56,176 nucleotides of DNA, taken from the IMG/VR virus record IMGVR_UViG_2061766007_000215; one strand, given 5' to 3'. The notes beneath the pieces were generated by a model. It saw only the letters and a list, made by a program, of their open reading frames with translations, ran no database searches and had not been told where the DNA came from. A program made the position numbers and the translations under genes. The DNA comes from an uncultured virus (IMG/VR IMGVR_UViG_2061766007_000215). Its lineage: Duplodnaviria; Heunggongvirae; Uroviricota; Caudoviricetes. Positions 29,957 through 39,056 of the stretch are shown here, in pieces (the stretch's first letter is position 1; each line of letters starts with the position of its first letter).

Positions 29957-32556
29957 TTAGTAAATACGGAATAAAGATAAAAAACTTTCAAGCAGGAGCA
30001 TTGTATCAATGTAACCTTGGCGTGAGAGAGAATTACGACTACACAAGGGCTATGTTTACAAATAATCTGTTGCTTTATTATCTTATGGATAATGGATTAA
30101 AGGTAAACAATGGTTGGACAAGAGATATAATATGTATAGAATTTGATTATGGCTCAAGGTCTTACGAAGAAGAAATTAAACATTTAGACAAATGTATAAA
30201 GTCTGCGGAGTGTGAGGGCAATATAGATAAGGTTGAATGTTTAAAATCTTTTAAGACACAGGCAGAACTTAAAAAAGATTTATTTAGTAAAAAGTCTGCT
30301 GACGAAATAAGAGAAATATTCTATACTAAAGGTGTAGAAATAAGACACGACATACAAAGAAAGAATGGTAAGATAACAAAACAAGAGTTTGTGCATTATA
30401 ATATGCTTTATCGTTCTACAGGAAAAGCCAAAGATGGTTCTTGTATGTTTATTTGTGATAGGCTTTATAAAAAGGCACTTAATTTTATCCGTATGGGAAT
30501 TAAGATGCCTAAAAATAATGCACCTATAGTTGAAATGGGTGCATATAGTTCTCTTATAGCAAGTTCTATTATTGATACAATACACGTTGACCCGAAAAAT
30601 ATTCTAATCCTTAAAGACATTGACAGTTATTTTACTACCAATGTTGTTAGTGTAGAAACTGATAAGAATAAACATTGTGTCGCTATACCTAAAGAAAACT
30701 ATCAATTAAAAAATACAATGTTTGACGGACAGGGTTTAATTGATGAAAGTATATTCCCTAAATGGGGAAATGGGTATCTTTTGTTAAGACACCATATGTG
30801 TAAAATGGCGTGTTTTAAAACAAAGATACAAAAGTTCTTTAAAGATTATTATCAAGACAATTATGATAATGCCGTTATTACAGATATGTTTGGTATAGAA
30901 CATTATGCTAAAGATATAAAAATAATAACTACAGACAATGCTATGAAATGGTTAAAGTTTGGAATTGATTATGAGTATTGGTGTAAAAAGGTATATGAAA
31001 ATAAATGTACTTTTGGCGTAGTTAAAACGGCACATAAAAGTAAATTAGGTGAAGTCCAAAAGATGAGTTATCAAATGATTAACTCTTTAGATATGGATAT
31101 TATGCCTAATGTAGTTAAAAAGAGTAAAGAATATATTGAGTCATTAAAAAGAGATAATGACATATTTTTGAAATATCTTAACGATAATAAAAACTTTTCA
31201 AATGACTTTGAAGTATTAATTGCTTTATGTAATCAAAATAAAGATTTCCTGCGGAGTGAATATTTTAGAAAGCGTAAAACAATTATTATTGAAAACTATA
31301 TAAGTAATCTAAAGTTTGGTAAGGTATTACAAAATGCAGACAATCTTGTTTTTGTTGGTAGCCCATATGCTATGTTACTTTACACAGTTGGAGAAGATGT
31401 AGAAAACGATACTACGTTTAAACAAGAAGAAGATTGTATTCAATGCTTTACTCAAAGATTTGGTGATAATGAACGTTTGGCTTGTTTTAGAAGCCCGCAT
31501 AATTCAAAGAATAATATTTCTTATTTACATAATGTTTATTCAGAAGAATATTTCAAGTATTTTGATTTAGGTGAACAAATAATAGCACTTAATGTTTTAC
31601 ACACACCTATTCAAGATAGAATGAATGGTTGTGACTTTGATAGTGATTCGGGATATGTTACTAATCAAATTGATATAGTACAATGTGCAAGACGGGCATA
31701 TTTAAATTATCCGACTATAGTTAATAATATCCCAAAAGATAAAAATAAATATAACAATACTTTAGAGAATTATGCTTTAATAGATAATTCATTATCACAC
31801 GCTCAAAGTGCAATAGGACTTTCAAGTAACCTTGCTCAATTAGCACAAACATATATGTATAATTTTGATGACCAAAAATATAAAGACTATGTTTGTATAT
31901 TGAGTGTTCTTGCACAAGCGGCTATTGATAATGCAAAAAGAACATTTGACGTTAATATCATAGATGAGATAGAAAGAATTAAACAAGATATTAACGTTGA
32001 AGAAAATGGTTCTCCTGCTTTTTGGAAACATGTAAAAGATAAAAAGGCAAAACTAAATGATAAAAAATTCAGTTCTGATAAAATAAATAAAAAATTAGTT
32101 TGCCCTATGAATTATCTTATGGATTTAAAGTTCGATAATTACAGGAGTAATGAATCTACTTTGCCTATGAGTTATTTCTTTGAAAAGTTTGAATTAGAAG
32201 ATGACAGGCGCAAATGTAGAAAGGTTGAAGAATTAATTGAAAAATATTCTTTAGATTTATTTTTATATAATACCACATATGCTTATGATGAAAATTATAA
32301 GAGATACAAAGAAGAAATACAATTAGACTTTGAAGAACTTATAAATGATATTAAAAGTATATATATATCTAAAAATTATTTAGGTCTTATGTCTTGGTTA
32401 ATAGATAGAGCATTTTATATTACACCAAGTATAAAACAAAATAAATGTAATGTAAAAAATAATACAAATAAAAATAAATCACTTTTAATTAAAATATTAT
32501 ATGATATAAATTCTAAAAATTTATTAAAATGTTTTAGCAAAAATATTAAAAAATGA
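29953..32556 (+). CDS. yonO: YonO-like single-subunit RNA polymerase, copy B
   Basis: Same motifs and length as copy A. Confidence 0.85.
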   Translation: MISKYGIKIKNFQAGALYQCNLGVRENYDYTRAMFTNNLLLYYLMDNGLKVNNGWTRDIICIEFDYGSRSYEEEIKHLDKCIKSAECEGNIDKVECLKSFKTQAELKKDLFSKKSADEIREIFYTKGVEIRHDIQRKNGKITKQEFVHYNMLYRSTGKAKDGSCMFICDRLYKKALNFIRMGIKMPKNNAPIVEMGAYSSLIASSIIDTIHVDPKNILILKDIDSYFTTNVVSVETDKNKHCVAIPKENYQLKNTMFDGQGLIDESIFPKWGNGYLLLRHHMCKMACFKTKIQKFFKDYYQDNYDNAVITDMFGIEHYAKDIKIITTDNAMKWLKFGIDYEYWCKKVYENKCTFGVVKTAHKSKLGEVQKMSYQMINSLDMDIMPNVVKKSKEYIESLKRDNDIFLKYLNDNKNFSNDFEVLIALCNQNKDFLRSEYFRKRKTIIIENYISNLKFGKVLQNADNLVFVGSPYAMLLYTVGEDVENDTTFKQEEDCIQCFTQRFGDNERLACFRSPHNSKNNISYLHNVYSEEYFKYFDLGEQIIALNVLHTPIQDRMNGCDFDSDSGYVTNQIDIVQCARRAYLNYPTIVNNIPKDKNKYNNTLENYALIDNSLSHAQSAIGLSSNLAQLAQTYMYNFDDQKYKDYVCILSVLAQAAIDNAKRTFDVNIIDEIERIKQDINVEENGSPAFWKHVKDKKAKLNDKKFSSDKINKKLVCPMNYLMDLKFDNYRSNESTLPMSYFFEKFELEDDRRKCRKVEELIEKYSLDLFLYNTTYAYDENYKRYKEEIQLDFEELINDIKSIYISKNYLGLMSWLIDRAFYITPSIKQNKCNVKNNTNKNKSLLIKILYDINSKNLLKCFSKNIKK

Positions 32557-33589
32557 CAACTTTTTATGTATACCTAGATAAAATCAATGTTTAAAAAACT
32601 CAGTAAAATCAATGGTTTAAGAATAGTTGATATTTCTATTCTAATGAGAGAGAGTGCGACTTAGGTTCATTCTCTTAGAATAAGGCAGAAAGTTTGGAGA
32701 AATGAGTAGCCTAGCCGCTAACGTCCAAGTGCGGTACTGTTAACTTAGTGTAAAGTTGCAACTACACGGGTTAACGAGTTAATAAGGAGAACGTTCGCAG
32801 TTATTTAAATTACGTGAAAAGCCACGGCAAGGGGCTTGATACCTTGCCAATATATTTAGAAAGGGGTNNNNNNNNNNNNNNNNNNNNNNNNNNNNNNNNN
32901 NNNNNNNNNNNNNNNNNNNNNNNNNNNNNNNNNNNNNNNNNNNNNNNNNNNNNNNNNNNNNNNNNNNNNNNNNNNNNNNNNNNNNNNNNNNNNNNNNNNN
33001 NNNNNNNNNNNNNNNNNNNNNNNNNNNNNNNNNNNNNNNNNNNNNNNNNNNNNNNNNNNNNNNNNNNNNNNNNNNNNNNNNNNNNNNNNNNNNNNNNNNN
33101 NNNNNNNNNNNNNNNNNNNNNGGATTATTAACAATCCAAACAAAGATAACGAGAAACAATTAGTTTACGTTAAACCAAGAAAGTCTATAACATTTCGTGC
33201 GGCTAAAAAATTTGATATCAGCGTTAATGAAAATAATTTTATTTTAGCGTCTGATAAAAAAGTAAAAAATGTAGGTCGTAAATATAGAGAGAAATTGGCT
33301 ATTTCTAAAAACGGTAATAAGTTTAAGAATGTTGTGGATTTGCTAAAAATAGCAAACAGTAGAAAAGAGGTTTAATATATTNNNNNNNNNNNNNNNNNNN
33401 NNNNNNNNNNNNNACATAAAAGACTTTGGTATCTTTGAAATCAAAGACCGTAAAAGTGGGGAAANNNNNNNNNNCACAGTTGAAGATAAGGATAGTGTTC
33501 AAGAATATAACGTTATAGAAATACTTGAGCAGATGGTTGGTTCTGAGATAAGTTTACAAAGCACAGAAGAAATAGCATAGGGGTAATTT

Positions 33590-34783
33590 ATGTGTAATAT
33601 AAAAAGATTTGACGGAGAAACAGAAGAAGAACTGTTATATCGTGTAGGTCAAAGAAAAGAAGAAATTGGTACATGGGAAGATATAGCCGACCTTATGAAT
33701 ACTTTATTAGGATATGATTATGGTGAGGCTAAATATCGTAAACAATATGCTATTATTAAAAAAATTTATGATAATAGCGAACCTTGTTCTGACGAAGAAT
33801 ATTTAAATGAATTACAAGAACTTAAACAAGAACTAAAGTCTGAAAGAATAAAGATACAAACTCTTAATCTTGAAAGAAACAAGGTTGATAGAATAGGTGC
33901 TAGACAAGAATTATTTTATGAACAAATAGGACAATATATTCAATCAAGAGAAGTTCCTAAATTAGAACCTAAGTATTTACCAAGAAATAAGAGAATGAAA
34001 TATTTATTAGGTATTGCAGATATTCATGCAAATGCTTATTGGAAAACTGCAACTAATGAATATTCCATGAAAATAGTTAAAGATAGATTATCTTTGCTTT
34101 TAACTGAAACAATATCTTTTATTAGAGAAAAACAACTTGATGAATTAAATATTATTCTACTTGGTGACCTTATAGATGGTTGTTTAAGAATGTCTAATTT
34201 ACAAGCAATGGATTCAACTGTTTCAAAATCCGTTGCCGATATATCCGATATGTTAATTGGATTTTTGGAGGTTCTTGTAGAAAAAACCCATATACATATT
34301 AATTTATTTGATGTAATATACGGAAATCATTCTATGCCTAGGTTTTTACAAAATTATGATGTGCGTGAAGATTTAGGATATACAATACATAGATATATTA
34401 AGACGGGTATTAGAAATAATAAAAATATTGATATGTTTTCACCTCTTGATGGAGATATGTATTTAGACTTTAAAATATGGGATTTTGATATTATAGGATT
34501 TCATGGTCATACTGAAAAGAACCAAAGTGAAGCAATAAAGAATTTTACAATTCAACGTAGAAAACTTTATGATTATTCAGTATGTGGACATTTACATTCT
34601 AATCAAAAAACAGGTGTATCATTAGATGGTTACCACGATGTAGAAAATATTCAATTTCCAAGTTTTTGTGGCGATGACCCATATTCTAATTCAATACATA
34701 AAATCTCAAAAGGCTCTTGTATGATATGTGGCTTTGATAAAGATTTTGGATTTATTGAAAGTCATAAAATAATTTTGAATTAG
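33590..34783 (+). CDS. Calcineurin-like metallophosphoesterase (YonJ-like), copy A
   Basis: DIH, GDLID, GNH, HGH and GHLH motifs after an N-terminal coiled coil. Confidence 0.85.
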   Translation: MCNIKRFDGETEEELLYRVGQRKEEIGTWEDIADLMNTLLGYDYGEAKYRKQYAIIKKIYDNSEPCSDEEYLNELQELKQELKSERIKIQTLNLERNKVDRIGARQELFYEQIGQYIQSREVPKLEPKYLPRNKRMKYLLGIADIHANAYWKTATNEYSMKIVKDRLSLLLTETISFIREKQLDELNIILLGDLIDGCLRMSNLQAMDSTVSKSVADISDMLIGFLEVLVEKTHIHINLFDVIYGNHSMPRFLQNYDVREDLGYTIHRYIKTGIRNNKNIDMFSPLDGDMYLDFKIWDFDIIGFHGHTEKNQSEAIKNFTIQRRKLYDYSVCGHLHSNQKTGVSLDGYHDVENIQFPSFCGDDPYSNSIHKISKGSCMICGFDKDFGFIESHKIILN

Positions 34784-35150
34784 TATTGACATTTGTTAAA
34801 TTATGTGTTATAATGTTAATGTATCAACAAAGTAACGTACTTGCAAGCGTGAAAGTTGTTTACATACAAAAGATTTGTGAATTTGTTTGCAAGACAAACA
34901 CAAAGATTTTGTTTTACGTGTGAACGGATTATTCCCTGTATCGTGTACATTAGGTCACGATACCATTCTAGGTAGGGAATTTCCTATTAACTCAAAAGAA
35001 AATAAAATTAATTCACTATTTGNNNNNNNNNNTAAAAATGTAGGTCGCAAATATAGAGAAAAATTGGCTAATTCTAAAAATGGTAATAAGTTTAAGAATA
35101 TTGTGGATTTGCTAAAAATAGCAAACAGTAGAAAAGAGGTTTAATATATT

Positions 35151-35339
35151 ATGGCTAAGAATCTTTATGAAGAAAAGAAAATTATCAAACTTATTGGAAC
35201 TTTAGATAAGACAGAAAGCGGAGATTTTATCTGTACAGTTGAAGATAAGGATAACATTCAAGAATATAATGTTATTGAAATACTTGAACAAATGGTTGGC
35301 TCAGAAATAAGTTTACAGAGTACGGAAGAAATAGCATAA
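35151..35339 (+). CDS. YonK-like small protein
   Basis: Size, sequence pattern and position just before the YonJ-like gene. Confidence 0.55.
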   Translation: MAKNLYEEKKIIKLIGTLDKTESGDFICTVEDKDNIQEYNVIEILEQMVGSEISLQSTEEIA

Positions 35340-35349
35340 GAGGTAATTT

Positions 35350-36549
35350 ATGTGTGATATAAAAAGATATGATGGTGAAACAGAAGAAGAACTGTTATAT
35401 CGAGTAGGTCAGATGAAAGATGAAATCGGCTCTTGGGAGGCGGTTAAGGATATTATGAATGAACTACTTGGTTATGATTATGGTGAAGCCAAATATCGTA
35501 AACAGTTTGCCGTTATGAAGAAAGTTATGGAAAATAGTAACTTAGGCTCTGCTTCTGATGAAGAACACCTTAATAGTCTTAAAGAACTTAAAAAGGAATT
35601 AAAGTCTGAAAGAATAAAGTTACAAACACTTAATCTTGAACGTAATAGACTTGACAGAGAAGGTGCAAGACAAGAATTATTCTATGAACAGATAGGGCAA
35701 TATATTCAATCAAGAGAAGTTCCTAAATTAGAACCCAAGTATATGCCCCGAAATAAAAGAATGAAATATTTGTTAGGTATTGCAGATATTCACGCTAACG
35801 CTTATTGGAAAACCGCAACTAATGAATATTCAATGAAGATAGTTCAAGATAGATTGTCTTTACTTTTAACAGAGGTAATATCATTTATAAGAGTTAAGCA
35901 ATTAGACGAATTAAACATTATTCTACTTGGAGATTTAATAGACGGATGTTTAAGAATGTCTAATCTACAGGCTATGGATTCAACAGTTTCAAAATCTGTT
36001 GCAGATATATCCGATATGTTAATAGGCTTTTTAGAAGTGCTTGTAGAAAAAACTCAAATACATATTAATTTATTTGATGTAGTATATGGAAATCATTCTA
36101 TGCCTAGATTTTTACAGAATTACGATGTGCGTGAAGATTTAGGATATACAATACATAGATATATTAAAACAGGTATTAGAAATAATCAGAATATTGATAT
36201 GTATTCCCCGCTTGACGGAGATATGTATTTAGACTTTAAGATATGGGATTTTGATATAATTGGTTTCCACGGGCATACAGAAAAGAATCAAAGTGAAGCA
36301 ATAAAAAACTTTACAATTCAACGCAGAAAACTTTATGATTATTCAGTATGTGGACATTTACACTCTAATCAAAAGACAGGGGTTTCATTAGATGGTGTTC
36401 ACGATGTAGAAAATATTCAGTTCCCAAGTTTCTGTGGAGATGACCCGTATGCTAATTCAATACATAAAATATCAAAAGGTTCTTGTATGATATGTGGCTT
36501 TGATAAAGATTTTGGATTTATAGAAAGTCATAAAATAATTTTGAATTAG
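35350..36549 (+). CDS. Calcineurin-like metallophosphoesterase (YonJ-like), copy B
   Basis: Same motifs as copy A. Confidence 0.85.
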   Translation: MCDIKRYDGETEEELLYRVGQMKDEIGSWEAVKDIMNELLGYDYGEAKYRKQFAVMKKVMENSNLGSASDEEHLNSLKELKKELKSERIKLQTLNLERNRLDREGARQELFYEQIGQYIQSREVPKLEPKYMPRNKRMKYLLGIADIHANAYWKTATNEYSMKIVQDRLSLLLTEVISFIRVKQLDELNIILLGDLIDGCLRMSNLQAMDSTVSKSVADISDMLIGFLEVLVEKTQIHINLFDVVYGNHSMPRFLQNYDVREDLGYTIHRYIKTGIRNNQNIDMYSPLDGDMYLDFKIWDFDIIGFHGHTEKNQSEAIKNFTIQRRKLYDYSVCGHLHSNQKTGVSLDGVHDVENIQFPSFCGDDPYANSIHKISKGSCMICGFDKDFGFIESHKIILN

Positions 36550-36585
36550 TATTGACAAATGATAAATAATATGGTATAATGTTAA

Positions 36586-37082
36586 TGTATCAACAAAGTA
36601 ACGTACTTGCAGACGTGAAAGTTGTTTACATACAAAAAGATTTGTGATATTGTTTGCAAGACAAACACAAATGTTTTGTCATTCATAGTTAAAGCCCTCC
36701 TTTCTCTATGATTTATGTGCGAACGGATTATTCCCTGTATCGTGTACATTAGGTCACGATACCATTCTAGATAGGGAATTTCCTATTAACTCAAAAGAAA
36801 ATAAAATTAATTCACTATTTGATTTTTTCTTACCTATAATGGTTCTTTTATTCAAATGGTACATAGATTAAAAGTCAAAGGGTTATTGATAATAAAACCC
36901 AAGGTAATGTTTGCTCTCATTGATAAAGAGTTCGTTTACATTCCATATATAAGTAGTAGGCGTGGTGCTAGTATGGGTTCGATTCCTATACCTACAATAT
37001 CCCATACCATATGAGATAGCCATATTGATTATGGTTGTGAGCCACGATGGGTGAAATAACAGTAACCCATTGTGGTGAGCGT
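36586..37082 (+). ncRNA. Candidate ~500-nt multi-hairpin RNA (partial copy 34821-35022)
   Basis: Follows promoter TTGACA 36552 / TATAAT 36575; chain of hairpins including a T-loop hairpin; no credible ORF. Confidence 0.55.
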
Positions 37083-37102
37083 AAATAAATAAGGAGGTCA
37101 AA

Positions 37103-37444
37103 ATGGTTAAATTTCTTGATAATTTTGGAATTAAAGCCACAAAAGGTGATACTATAATTTTTCCTTTTGTTGTTGTAAATAATGATAAACAAATATATCA
37201 AGTCCAAGCAGGTGATGTAATTAATTTTGGACTTAAAAAAAATTATGATGATGCCGAATGTCTTATAGAAAAGACTATAGATAATACCACACTTACTTTA
37301 GTGTTAGAACACGCTGATACAAAAGACCTTGAAGTAGGTGCGTATTATTATGATATTCAGATAACAAAAGCGGCAAATAATGAAGTTCACACTTTTATTA
37401 GTGGTATTATAAGTATTACTAATGAAGTTTATGATAAAGACTAA
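37103..37444 (+). CDS. BppU-N-terminal-like beta-sandwich protein (partial second copy 37588..37870)
   Basis: KGDT...DTxxLxVGxYxYDIQIT...VxTFISG pattern. Confidence 0.6.
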   Translation: MVKFLDNFGIKATKGDTIIFPFVVVNNDKQIYQVQAGDVINFGLKKNYDDAECLIEKTIDNTTLTLVLEHADTKDLEVGAYYYDIQITKAANNEVHTFISGIISITNEVYDKD

Positions 37445-38020
37445 GAAACCTTTCTTAGATTTTTTCTCATACGCATCGCCTCCCTTCAAAGATGCAGGTC
37501 GGATATAAGACTTAAAACTATATCGAGAGGTCGGTGTGGGTAGCGACCATAATCTACCCACCACACATTAGGCATTANNNNNNNNNNCCCTTTTGTTGTT
37601 GTAGATAATGATAAACAAATATATCAAGTCCAAGCAGATGATGTAATTAACTTTGGGCTTAAAAAGAATTACGATGATGCCGAATGTCTTATAGAAAAGA
37701 CTATAGATAATACCACACTTACTTTAGTGCTAGAACACGCTGATACAAAAGACCTTGAAGTAGGTGCATATTATTATGATATTCAGATAACAAAAGCGGC
37801 AAATAACGAAGTTCATACTTTTATTAGTGGTATCATAAGTATTACTAATGAAGTTTATGATAAAGACTAAGAAACCTTTCTTAGNNNNNNNNNNNNNNNN
37901 NNNNNNNNNNNNNNNNNNNNNNNNNNNNNNNNNNNNNNNNNNNNNNNNNNNNNNNNNNNNNNNNNNAAAGGGCTGACTACCAAATGGTAGTTGGCTCTTT
38001 TGAAATTAAAGGAGTTACTT

Positions 38021-39056
38021 ATGGTTTCTACAAAAACAGAAAATGTCCGTATGTGTAAAGGACATAATGCTCCTTTATTAAATTGTACAGGACAAATTAA
38101 AGAATCCGACTTTTATACAAGTTGGTCTAATTTCTCTGATGGTAAAGTGCCGTACTGTAAAAAGTGTACTCAAAAAATATTTGAATATTATTTAAAAGAA
38201 ACACAAACAGAAAAGACGGCTTTATATTTTACCTTAATGAAATTAGATATACCTTTTATCCAAGAGGTTTTTGATTCAGTAGTTAATAAATCTAATTATA
38301 ATGTGGATAAGTTGGTAGGTACATATATTGTTGAATTACAAAAAAGAACAACAAAGAAAACAATATGGTGTGATTTTAGTTCGAGTGATGTCGAGTCGAA
38401 CGAAATCGAGTCAAAAGTTCAAACAGTTGCAGAAAGAAAAAGAGAATTAAAAGACCTTGANNNNNNNNNNGAGAACAACAAAGAAAACAATATGGTGTGA
38501 TTTTAGTTCGAGCGACATCGAGTCGAACGAAATCGAATCAAAAGTTCAAACAGTTGCAGAAAGAAAAAGAGAATTAAAAGACCTTGAATACAAATGGGGT
38601 ATACAAGATTGTGTTGAAGATTATGATTTTCTTGAAGCAACATTTAATAGATATACTAATGGTATTGAATTTACTAATCCACAACAGGAAGATTTATATA
38701 AAGACCTGTGCCGTGACAGATTATTATTAAGAAAGATAAATGATAATCGTTATGGTGGAGAAGAAACTATTGATAAAGTTCAAAACCGAATTAGTAAAAC
38801 AATGTCTACATTAAAACTTGACCAATTTGAAACTAATAAACCTAAGACATTAAGTGAACAATCTTTATTTGAAAAAATTAGATTGTGTGATGAAAATAAT
38901 GTAAAAGATATTTATTCAGAACCTAGTAAATACTATGATTTGAATAAAGTTCAATATTATAATGAAAAATTCTCATTAAGACCATTAGCAAATATGCTTG
39001 TAGGTAATAGAGATTTTTCTGTAAATTTGGAGGATATAGAACAATATGACCTCTAA
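38021..39056 (+). CDS. Putative terminase small subunit (YonG-like, Zn-finger N-terminus), split by gap
   Basis: Cys motifs; directly upstream of and overlapping TerL. Confidence 0.55.

Noticed and set aside
34887..35144. 85-aa CDS
   Set aside because: Chimera of non-coding RNA-like sequence and the HU-like C-terminus across a gap
23975..36549. Genuine tandem duplication or two-subunit RNAP
   Set aside because: Neighbouring genes are duplicated too and boundaries fall at N gaps; strain mixture is simpler
36956..36996. tRNA gene
   Set aside because: Only a T-arm-like hairpin; no D arm, anticodon arm or CCA end
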